Part shown: positions 41,073 to 49,166 of the stretch, one piece after another
Layout: every line of letters begins with the position of its first letter
Position numbering within the stretch: the first letter of the stretch is position 1
IMG/VR virus record: IMGVR_UViG_3300046171_000197
Length of the DNA: 64,000 nucleotides
DNA from: a virus
Strand: one strand, 5' to 3'
The notes under the pieces: generated by a model
Databases searched by the model: none
What the model saw: only the letters and a program-made list of their open reading frames with translations
What the model was told of the DNA's origin: nothing
Translations under genes and position numbers: made by a program

Positions 41073-43001
41073 ATGTCATTCACTAAAGTCGCACCAGCAG
41101 GAATAGGAACAGAACCAGGTAATTCAATACTGATTGGTGATTCTTTGTTGCACTCAACTGGTATTGATATTGGAAATAATACTGGTATTGGTGTCACAAT
41201 CAGAAAGCATGGTGATGCAACATTTACAGGAATCATAACTGCGTCTGCATTCTTTGGGGATGGTTCAGGTTTAGAAGGTGTATCAAGTTCTGGTATTGGA
41301 ACACCATTAAGTGATGATGATACAAGTGATTTAAATAAAATTTACTATGTCAACCAAGAATTAAGTATTGGATCAACTATTACTGTTAATCATCCAAGTT
41401 CAGCAGTTGCATCATATACACATTATCAAGATTTAGTTGTAACAGATGACGCAGATTTCATAGTTTCAGATGGAGATACTTTCATACCTGACGTTTTAGG
41501 TATTCGCACAAGCACTTCAACTGCAAGTGCTGCAACTGGTGGTCGTATTCGTGCAGGTACAATCACAAATGCAGCCGCAAATGGAGCACCTAATTTTCCA
41601 AATGGTTTAACAGGAACTACTGGAACATTCACTGGAAACCTTGGTGTTGGTGGTGTATTAACTTATGAAGACGTAACAAATATAGATTCAGTCGGTGTTA
41701 TAACAGCAAGATTGGGAATAAATTTAGTTGGTAATGATTTAAATGTAGGAAGCAATATAAAAATTGGCAATGCAAGTGGTATCGTAACTGCAACAAGTTT
41801 TAGTGGTGATGGATCTGCTTTAACTGGTGTTGGAGCATCATTTGGTAATTCAAGTATTAATACATCAGGTATCATAACTGCAACTTCCTTTGTACCAACA
41901 ACAGGACAACTATCTCATCGCAATCTCATAATCAACGGAGATATGAGAATAGCTCAGCGTAGCACGTCAATAACTCAATCTAGTGGATATGGATCTGTCG
42001 ATAGAATTATTTTTGATTATGGTGGTATAGCAGCACACATACCTCAAGCTCAAGTTGATGTATCAAGTGGAACTACACCCTACACATTAGGATTTAGAAA
42101 AGCATTTAAAATTACAAATGGCAATCAAGGAAGTAGTTTACCTACGGCTGGTTATATTTCTATTATTTACAAAACTGAATCCCAAGATATAGCAAATAGT
42201 GGTTGGAATTATAATTCTGCTTCAAGTTATATTACTTTATCTTTTTGGATAAAAGCAAGTGTAGCACAGAATTATTATTTTAGATTTCAAACTAAAGATG
42301 GTACAAGTTACAACTATCCTATGGAAACTGGGTCTTTAACTGCTAATACTTGGACAAAAATTATAAAAACAATTCCAGGTAATAGTAATTTACAAATAGA
42401 TAATAATAGTGGAGAAGGACCAAAAATAGAATGGGCAACGGCATGGGGTACAGATTCTACTTCAAGTAGTGTCAATCTTAATCAATGGGCTGCATATTCT
42501 GATGGAACAAAGACCCCAGATCAAACTACAACATGGTACACAACAAATAGTGCAACATTTGAAATTACAGGAGTTCAGTTAGAAGTTGGACCTGTAGCGA
42601 CCCCGTTCGAGCATAAAACTGAACAAGAAGAACTTTTAAGATGTTATCGTTATTATTATAAGATGGGTAAGTTAGATTATAAGGGAACACATTTTTCAGC
42701 AAATGAAGTATATGGTATTGGTATGTCAGATAATGATAATCTCAACATATATTGTCAAATAGATTTTCCAGTTCCGATGAGAGAACCACCATCAACTTTA
42801 GATTATGCGTCTGTTGGTAATTATCGAGTTAGACGAGACACAACACAAACTTGCACTGCTAATCCCTCACTCATTAATGGATCAGAGTTTAGTTTCAGAG
42901 TAAATTTTCCCAAATCAAGTCATGGTTGGGGAACTGGTCAAATGTTATGGTGTATGTCTGCTGGTTCTGGAAGTTACTTAGGATTTTCTGCAGAACTATA
43001 A
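41073..43001 (+). CDS. Tail fibre-like protein, RNLxING...GVQLEVG family, copy 3 (multi-module)
   Basis: Contains the adaptor domain, a RIRAGTIT module, the LTYEDVTN motif and GVQLEVGPVATPFEH. Confidence 0.85.
   Translation: MSFTKVAPAGIGTEPGNSILIGDSLLHSTGIDIGNNTGIGVTIRKHGDATFTGIITASAFFGDGSGLEGVSSSGIGTPLSDDDTSDLNKIYYVNQELSIGSTITVNHPSSAVASYTHYQDLVVTDDADFIVSDGDTFIPDVLGIRTSTSTASAATGGRIRAGTITNAAANGAPNFPNGLTGTTGTFTGNLGVGGVLTYEDVTNIDSVGVITARLGINLVGNDLNVGSNIKIGNASGIVTATSFSGDGSALTGVGASFGNSSINTSGIITATSFVPTTGQLSHRNLIINGDMRIAQRSTSITQSSGYGSVDRIIFDYGGIAAHIPQAQVDVSSGTTPYTLGFRKAFKITNGNQGSSLPTAGYISIIYKTESQDIANSGWNYNSASSYITLSFWIKASVAQNYYFRFQTKDGTSYNYPMETGSLTANTWTKIIKTIPGNSNLQIDNNSGEGPKIEWATAWGTDSTSSSVNLNQWAAYSDGTKTPDQTTTWYTTNSATFEITGVQLEVGPVATPFEHKTEQEELLRCYRYYYKMGKLDYKGTHFSANEVYGIGMSDNDNLNIYCQIDFPVPMREPPSTLDYASVGNYRVRRDTTQTCTANPSLINGSEFSFRVNFPKSSHGWGTGQMLWCMSAGSGSYLGFSAEL
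42567..42613 (+). repeat. Fibre junction cassette, copy 3 (shorter)
   Basis: Identical 20-nt core at 42594-42613. Confidence 0.88.
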
Positions 43002-43023
43002 ATAACTAAAAATATAAAAAAAA

Positions 43024-43797
43024 ATGTCGAGAATTAGAGCAAATACATTAACCAACCAGAATGCAAATGGTGCGCCTAATTTTCCTAATGGTGTAACTGT
43101 AACTGGCATTGCCACTGCGACTAATGTATCTGTTGCTCAATCTGTTACTGCAACAACTTATTATGGAAGTGGTTCAAATTTAACGGGAATTGATGCTACT
43201 ACTATTCAAACTGGGACAACTAAAGTTGTTACATCATCAACTCTTATATCTAATCAAATAAGTGGTGCTGGTATTGCCACAGTACAAGCAGGTGGTATGG
43301 ATGTTACTGGTATTGTAACTGCAACTTCTTATCGTGGGGATGGATCACAACTATCTGGAATTTCAGTTTCTGTAGGTGGTGCAAGTTCAATAAGTTTTAA
43401 TGATGATGTTCCTGCTGTGTTTGGATCATCAAGTGATTTTCAAATAAAACATGATGGTACAGACAGTTACATATTAAATAATACTGGACATTTAAGAATC
43501 ACTAATGTTCCTAGTAGCAAAGGAATAATATTTGCTACAAGTAATACAAATAGATTCCAAATTAGTGATTATGGTCATTTAATTCCATCAACTAACAATG
43601 CCCTCGACTTAGGAGATGCAAGTTATCGTTGGAGAAATTTATATGTGAACGACGCACATTTTTCAAACGAAGGATCAACAAATAGTGTAGATGGAACTTG
43701 GGGTGATTGGACTCTTCAAGAGGGTGAAGATACTATTTTTATGATAAATAATCGTACTAATAAAAAGTACAAAATGAATCTCACAGAGGTAGACTGA
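43024..43797 (+). CDS. Tail fibre-like protein
   Basis: MSRIRAN start; DLGDASYRWRNLY and GTWGDWTLQEGE C-terminal module. Confidence 0.8.
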   Translation: MSRIRANTLTNQNANGAPNFPNGVTVTGIATATNVSVAQSVTATTYYGSGSNLTGIDATTIQTGTTKVVTSSTLISNQISGAGIATVQAGGMDVTGIVTATSYRGDGSQLSGISVSVGGASSISFNDDVPAVFGSSSDFQIKHDGTDSYILNNTGHLRITNVPSSKGIIFATSNTNRFQISDYGHLIPSTNNALDLGDASYRWRNLYVNDAHFSNEGSTNSVDGTWGDWTLQEGEDTIFMINNRTNKKYKMNLTEVD

Positions 43798-44111
43798 TGG
43801 CTATTAACTTTAAAGGAGCTTTTGCATCTGGACAAAAGATATTAGGTTATCGTGCCTATGTCACTGCTAATGGAAGTAGTGTGATTGCATCAACAGGATT
43901 AAGTAGTATAAGTAGTAGCACTGGTGGAAGATATATGCTCAATTATTCTGCTACACATCCAGATGCAACTGCTGCTGTTGCAGTATTGCCTAACAACAAT
44001 TATCATTATCAATCTTGGTATGATACAAATGAAACAGGAAGAGTACAAGTTAATTTTTATGATGGTAGTTATGCAACTCCAAGTAGATGGAGTGCAATGG
44101 TAGTCAGATGA
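43797..44111 (+). CDS. Small fibre-tip-like protein, paralogue 1 of 3
   Basis: RAYVTANG...AVAVLPNNNY...WSAM. Confidence 0.75.
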   Translation: MAINFKGAFASGQKILGYRAYVTANGSSVIASTGLSSISSSTGGRYMLNYSATHPDATAAVAVLPNNNYHYQSWYDTNETGRVQVNFYDGSYATPSRWSAMVVR

Positions 44112-44124
44112 AGAGGATATTCTA

Positions 44125-44439
44125 ATGGCAATTTATTACAAAGACGAATTTGCAGCACCACAAAAAATAGTAGGTGCTCGTGCTTTTGTGACAGCTAATG
44201 GCACTACTGTGCAAGCATCATTTGGAGTAAGTAGCATAGAACAAAATGCTACTGGACAGTTTAAAGTAAATTATAGTACTACAATGCCTGATAATACTGC
44301 TGCTGTAGCAGTATTACCTAATAATAATTATGATTGGCAATCTTGGTATGATACAAATGAAACAGGAAGAGTCGGACTGAATTTTTTTGATGGTGGTTGG
44401 GTAACACCAAGTAAATGGTCTGCCATGATAATTAGATAG
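44125..44439 (+). CDS. Small fibre-tip-like protein, paralogue 2 of 3
   Basis: Same motifs; GAGG RBS. Confidence 0.75.
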   Translation: MAIYYKDEFAAPQKIVGARAFVTANGTTVQASFGVSSIEQNATGQFKVNYSTTMPDNTAAVAVLPNNNYDWQSWYDTNETGRVGLNFFDGGWVTPSKWSAMIIR

Positions 44440-44449
44440 GAGGTATTCT

Positions 44450-44767
44450 ATGGCTATATATTTTAAAGATGAATATTCTGCTCCAGTAGAAATGTATGGT
44501 CCCCGTGCATATGTTACTGCTAATGGAAGTAGTGTGATTGCATCATCAGGATTAAGTAGTTTAGGTAGTGATGGTTCTGGAAGATACACACTTAATTATT
44601 CTTTCACATATCCAGACGCTCACGCAGCTGTGGCGGTTCTACCTAATAACAATTACCATGAACAATCATGGTATGATAGTAATTCAACAACTTCTGTCAA
44701 AGTTAGATTTTATGGCAATGGTGGATATGGAACACCAAGTAGATGGAGTGCAATGGTACTAAGATGA
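44450..44767 (+). CDS. Small fibre-tip-like protein, paralogue 3 of 3
   Basis: Same motifs; GGAGG RBS. Confidence 0.75.
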   Translation: MAIYFKDEYSAPVEMYGPRAYVTANGSSVIASSGLSSLGSDGSGRYTLNYSFTYPDAHAAVAVLPNNNYHEQSWYDSNSTTSVKVRFYGNGGYGTPSRWSAMVLR

Positions 44768-45249
44768 AAATTATTTACAACGATCCCTCAGACGGAACAA
44801 TTACAGAGGTAACACCTCTTTTTACAGATATAAATCCTGCAACAGGTAAAATATGGACAATCGAAGAGATTGCAGAAAAAGATGTACCAGTAGGAGTTTC
44901 AACATATTCAATTGTTGAAGACTCTGTTATTCCAACTGATTTCAGTTTTCGTGGAGCATGGGTTGGAGTTGGTATAGGAACAACTGGTGCGACTATTACA
45001 GAGGACATAACAAAAGCTAAAGAGGTTCATAAAGCAAATATAAGACTTGCTCGTACACCTAAGTTCGCAGAACTTGATATTCAGTTTCAACAAGCATTAG
45101 AAACATCTGCTGATACATCTGCAATTGTTGCTAAGAAACAAGTACTTAGAGATGCACCTGCTGCCTCTGGTATTGCTACTGCTGCGAATACAGTCGAGTT
45201 AAAAGCACAATGGGATACAACTAATTTGGGAACAAGTCCTTACTCATAA
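44764..45249 (+). CDS. Tail fibre assembly-like protein
   Basis: KDVP.G...FRGAW; IRLAR...LD...KQVLRDAP. Confidence 0.7.
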   Translation: MKIIYNDPSDGTITEVTPLFTDINPATGKIWTIEEIAEKDVPVGVSTYSIVEDSVIPTDFSFRGAWVGVGIGTTGATITEDITKAKEVHKANIRLARTPKFAELDIQFQQALETSADTSAIVAKKQVLRDAPAASGIATAANTVELKAQWDTTNLGTSPYS

Positions 45250-45338
45250 AGTAAAAACTTCCTAAATATAATTACCTACATCAGAACTTGCGTGGTATTT
45301 TAGCAGGGAGATTATAGGGGAAGAGTTTTTACACCAAG

Positions 45339-45491
45339 ATGGACGATATCCAAAAAGAACTTAAAGATGTGCAAAAGAAGATAGATGATATTGAAAAGAA
45401 ACAAGAAATGTTAAAACGGATACAAGAATTAGACCGTTTACGTGAGGAAAAGCAAGCAAAACGACCTACTGGACATTCTTATGAAAAGTGA
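45339..45491 (+). CDS. Small coiled-coil protein (MDDIQKELKD...)
   Basis: 50-aa ORF read by eye. Confidence 0.5.
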   Translation: MDDIQKELKDVQKKIDDIEKKQEMLKRIQELDRLREEKQAKRPTGHSYEK

Positions 45492-45519
45492 TATACTAGA
45501 TAATAAAAAGAAATCCACC

Positions 45520-45907
45520 ATGATAAGGCAATTAATTACTGAGTTTCCTTTGACTGATGTTCCTGTAGAAAGATCTGTCACTGAGGAAAAAATTCGCAAG
45601 TATACTTACTCGAAAGATGAAGTAGATGTGCTAATTGCTGCTGCAGTTAAAGAAGCAGTTGACGAAGCAGTCAAGATTGATGAAGCATCAATGGCAAAGC
45701 ATAATCGTGATGCGAACTGTCCTAAGTATGATTCTTGGATTCACTACACTTGCATTGTTTGTTGACGGTTTGTTAAGAGTGTTGGGTATTATCCCACCAT
45801 TTATGGATTTAGATGTTAATATATTAGAAAGGATTGTTGATCGAGTCGAAGTCGATGTGATTGATAAAATCAAACAAGTTCCTATACAAAAATTATTTCA
45901 TCGATAA
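45520..45907 (+). CDS. Hypothetical membrane protein; apparent +1 frameshift near 45713
   Basis: Joined reading KHNRDATVLSMILGFTTLALFVDGLLR. Confidence 0.65.
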
Positions 45908-46176
45908 TGAATGACGTTACAGTTTTAATATATTTGGCATGCTTCGTTGCATTATTCGGAGCAACCTTTGCTTTTATGTGGAGAATGATGGGATCTACAT
46001 TATCAGAATTTAATAAGACACCAGTTAATTCTTATGGTGATGCAATGAAGGCATATAAAATTCCAGCACCACACCCAGAAATGGAGGGTATACAGTATGG
46101 TGAAGAGTTATTAGTTTTCAATCCAGAAGAAGAAGATGATGATGACGATGATGGTGATATTGTAGTAAGAGCTTGA
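45907..46176 (+). CDS. DUF2973-like cyanobacterial membrane protein
   Basis: N-terminal TM; HPEM...GEELLVF motif. Confidence 0.65.
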   Translation: MNDVTVLIYLACFVALFGATFAFMWRMMGSTLSEFNKTPVNSYGDAMKAYKIPAPHPEMEGIQYGEELLVFNPEEEDDDDDDGDIVVRA

Positions 46177-46201
46177 CAGAGAAACGATAAGAACTTATAA
46201 T
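46173..46201 (+). promoter_or_regulatory. Perfect-consensus sigma70 promoter
   Basis: TTGACA-17 bp-TATAAT. Confidence 0.8.
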
Positions 46202-46225
46202 ACGGAGGTAAACCGACATAGAGTA

Positions 46226-46435
46226 ATGACACTCACCTCTAAATTCAAAAAAGACATAGGCACTCTCCGTGCAGCAGCAAACAAAGAAATATTTTTGGAT
46301 GTTAAAAATCCAAAGTTATTTAAGAAAGTAAAAAGATATTACGAAGGATTACAATATATTGATTTAAAGGGTGAAGACCCTGACGCAGACTATAATGCTG
46401 TGATAGAATGTATTATAGAGGACTTAAACCAATGA
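46226..46435 (+). CDS. Hypothetical protein
   Basis: ORF after a consensus promoter; LDVKNPKL. Confidence 0.7.
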   Translation: MTLTSKFKKDIGTLRAAANKEIFLDVKNPKLFKKVKRYYEGLQYIDLKGEDPDADYNAVIECIIEDLNQ

Positions 46436-46680
46436 TTGAAGTATTAATACAGAATGAACCATACAGGTATGTTAAAATGCCTGATCTGTTAGAGAATGGT
46501 CAACCAGACTATCGTATTCAGAAAGTGGAACAACCACAATGGGTATAAAGATATGTATCTCTGTGACAACTATATGCAGTTTCAAACTGCCATAGATGAC
46601 TTTGAGTATACCAAATGGTTAGATCCTGCAGGAGTGCCTTGCTACGTGTGTGATAAATAAATCAGAGTTTATTAATAAAC

Positions 46681-46893
46681 ATGGCATACAAAAGCACAGG
46701 AACAGCAGGTAAGTCTGCAAGTGGAGCATCAATGTCTAAGTATGATGTTGAAGTTGAAGCAAGACTTCAAGCACTTGAAGCAAAAGTTATTGAATTAGAA
46801 TCTCATTCTCATGAATCATCTGGTGGTTCTGATTCAAGAGTGGATAAAATTGTTGAGTGGTTAGAACAAAATACATCTTACTACGGACATTAA
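46681..46893 (+). CDS. Hypothetical protein
   Basis: ORF after GATAAATA; MSKYDVEVEARL. Confidence 0.7.
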   Translation: MAYKSTGTAGKSASGASMSKYDVEVEARLQALEAKVIELESHSHESSGGSDSRVDKIVEWLEQNTSYYGH

Positions 46894-46908
46894 TTATAAT
46901 CTTTTATA

Positions 46909-47259
46909 ATGAGAAAGTTTGAATTTAGACCTTGGGGTTGGTACATCACTCTTGATGAAGGTATTAATTATAAGGTTAAAAAGATACACTTGAATCCAAA
47001 CACAAAACTATCACTTCAATATCATCACTATCGTGATGAACATTGGACAGTGGTGGAGGGTTCTGGTAAAGCAATCGTAAATAAAAACGTTTTTATTATG
47101 AATGATGGAGATGATATGTTTATTGCAAAAAAGGCAGTGCATCGTATGGAAGCAAGTCCAGATGGTGTAACTTTTGTGGAAGTGCAGAGAGGGAAGTGTG
47201 ATGAGGAAGATATTGTAAGACTACAAGATGATTATGGTAGAGTTGACAAACAAGCTTAA
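46909..47259 (+). CDS. Cupin, type II mannose-6-phosphate isomerase C-terminal-like
   Basis: RPWG, LSLQYHHYRDEHW, EVQRG...EEDIVR..DDYGR. Confidence 0.9.
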   Translation: MRKFEFRPWGWYITLDEGINYKVKKIHLNPNTKLSLQYHHYRDEHWTVVEGSGKAIVNKNVFIMNDGDDMFIAKKAVHRMEASPDGVTFVEVQRGKCDEEDIVRLQDDYGRVDKQA

Positions 47260-47276
47260 TTTTCTTATACTAAATA
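47243..47276 (+). promoter_or_regulatory. Composite sigma70 / late-like promoter of the glycosylation cluster
   Basis: TTGACA-17 bp-TATACT overlapping CTAAATA. Confidence 0.7.
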
Positions 47277-47301
47277 TATTGATCGACTATTCCTATAGGA
47301 T

Positions 47302-48405
47302 ATGAGAGAGTACAAAAAAACCGCACTTGTTCTTGGTGCAGGTGGATTTATTGGCAGTCATATGGTAAAGAGACTGCGTAAAGAAGGATATTGGGTAAGA
47401 GGTGTAGACCTTAAATACCCTGAGTTTTCTAAGACAGAAGCAAACGAATTTGTTTGTATGGATCTTAGAGATGTAGAAGTTGTTCGTAGAGTCATTCGTT
47501 TCGGAGGATATACTGGTAACTTTTATTCACAGATTGTAGATAAGTTCTTAGAACCATTTGATGAGATATATCAGTTTGCTGCTGATATGGGTGGTGCAGG
47601 ATTTATATTTACAGGAGAGAATGATGCAGACATCATGCATAACTCTGCTTCAATTAATTTGAATCTGTTAGAAGAACAAAAGAAATGGAATAAAGATAAG
47701 AAGACAAATCATACAAAAATATTCTATAGTAGTTCTGCGTGTATGTACCCAGAACACAACCAACTAGACCCTAACAGCCCTGATTGTCGTGAAAATTCTG
47801 CGTACCCTGCTAACCCTGATTCCGAATATGGATGGGAAAAACTTTTCTCAGAGAGGTTATATCTCACTTATAATCGTAATTACGGTATCCCTGTTAGGGT
47901 TGCTCGTTACCATAATATCTTCGGTCCAGAAGGAACATGGGATGGAGGCAGAGAAAAAGCTCCAGCAGCAATCTGTCGCAAAGTGGCTCAACTCTCGCCG
48001 CAAGGTGGAACCATCGAGGTGTGGGGAGATGGCTTACAAACTCGTTCCTTCCTGTTCATTGATGAATGCATCGAAGCAACTTGGAGACTAATGCAATCAG
48101 ACTTTATGGGACCTGTGAATATAGGTTCTGAAGAGATGGTTACTATTAATCAGTTGGTTGAAACAGCAGCAAAAGTTGCAAACAAGAAAGTTGAAAAGCA
48201 ACACATACTCGATGCACCTCTTGGTGTTCGTGGACGTAACTCTAACAATGATCTTGTGAGAGAAAAACTTGGTTGGGATTATTCTCAATCATTAGAAGAA
48301 GGAATACGCAAAACATATAATTGGATATGTTTGCAATTATACAGCACAACAGAAGAAAATGTGCTACAATCAGAAGAAGAACTCGAATTATTAGCCTCTG
48401 GATAA
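47302..48405 (+). CDS. GDP-mannose 3,5-epimerase-like NAD-dependent epimerase
   Basis: GAGGFIG, AADMGG.GFI, SSACMYP, YGWEK, REKAPAAICRK, GVRGRNS. Confidence 0.88.
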   Translation: MREYKKTALVLGAGGFIGSHMVKRLRKEGYWVRGVDLKYPEFSKTEANEFVCMDLRDVEVVRRVIRFGGYTGNFYSQIVDKFLEPFDEIYQFAADMGGAGFIFTGENDADIMHNSASINLNLLEEQKKWNKDKKTNHTKIFYSSSACMYPEHNQLDPNSPDCRENSAYPANPDSEYGWEKLFSERLYLTYNRNYGIPVRVARYHNIFGPEGTWDGGREKAPAAICRKVAQLSPQGGTIEVWGDGLQTRSFLFIDECIEATWRLMQSDFMGPVNIGSEEMVTINQLVETAAKVANKKVEKQHILDAPLGVRGRNSNNDLVREKLGWDYSQSLEEGIRKTYNWICLQLYSTTEENVLQSEEELELLASG

Positions 48406-48407
48406 AA

Positions 48408-49166
48408 ATGACACGTATTGATAGTTATGAAGATCTAACAGATAATATTGTTAGATGGTTAAAAGATTATTACTATGAACATAGTATTAAAGCATTTGTA
48501 ATAGGAGTATCAGGTGGAATTGACTCTGCTGTAGTCTCCTCATTATGTGCAAGAACAGGATTACCAACCTACGTTGTGTGTATGCCTCTTGCATCTAAAT
48601 TTGAAAACTCAAAACTTTCTGATGTCCACTCAAAAGGACTTGCAGAAAAGTATGATAACGTCACAAGAATTGAAGTTGAACTTTCAAGCACTTATGAATC
48701 GTTACTAAGTTCAATTGATTGGTGGACTGAAAAAGGTGAGTACACATCAAGTGAGCATGCAAACGCAAACACTAAATCACGAATGCGTATGGTGACTCTG
48801 TATCAGATCGCAGGTACAGTTGGTGGTATAGTGGTTGGAACAGGAAACAAAGTGGAGGATTATGGAGTCGGTTTTTATACTAAGTATGGTGACGGTGGTG
48901 TTGATATCGCCCCTATTGCTGACCTTTATAAAACGGAAGTCTGGGAACTAGGTGAATACTTAGAAGTAGACCAACGTATCGTTAATGCAGATCCAACAGA
49001 TGGATTATGGTCTGACTCAAGAACTGATGAATCACAATTAGGTGCATCATATGCAGAGTTAGAAGAAGCAATGGAGACAGGTGCAGGACCTGGTGTTGCA
49101 GTTTTAGAAAAATTCAACACCCAAAACAAACATAAAATGGAGCCTATCCCTACATTTAAACTATGA
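48408..49166 (+). CDS. nadE: NH3-dependent NAD+ synthetase
   Basis: GVSGGIDS, ANTKSRMRM, GTGNKVE, GFYTKYGDG, PIADLYKTEV, PTDGLW...TDE.QLG. Confidence 0.93.
   Translation: MTRIDSYEDLTDNIVRWLKDYYYEHSIKAFVIGVSGGIDSAVVSSLCARTGLPTYVVCMPLASKFENSKLSDVHSKGLAEKYDNVTRIEVELSSTYESLLSSIDWWTEKGEYTSSEHANANTKSRMRMVTLYQIAGTVGGIVVGTGNKVEDYGVGFYTKYGDGGVDIAPIADLYKTEVWELGEYLEVDQRIVNADPTDGLWSDSRTDESQLGASYAELEEAMETGAGPGVAVLEKFNTQNKHKMEPIPTFKL

Noticed and set aside
33076-45249. Diversity-generating retroelement or shufflon
   Set aside because: No reverse transcriptase or invertase is visible, mismatches between repeats are not adenine-specific, and all repeats are direct and lie within genes.
46125-46160. GAT/GAC trinucleotide runs (also 62698-62722)
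   Set aside because: These are poly-Asp tails of small membrane proteins, not a separate repeat element.
2204-46560. Frameshifts in gp43 (~2225), nrdA (~15600), GIY-YIG (~18940) and at ~20015, 25115, 25178, 25840, 25938, 27255, 29403, 32575, 33310, 35552, 35734, 45713 and 46522, read as pseudogenes or programmed frameshifts
   Set aside because: Nearly all are single extra bases, often lengthening a short run. They hit essential genes, share no slippery motif and one-base correction restores continuous proteins. Sequencing or assembly error is the simplest explanation.
47260-47301. wcaG RNA motif ahead of the epimerase
   Set aside because: The intergenic space is only ~40 nt and is taken up by the promoter.
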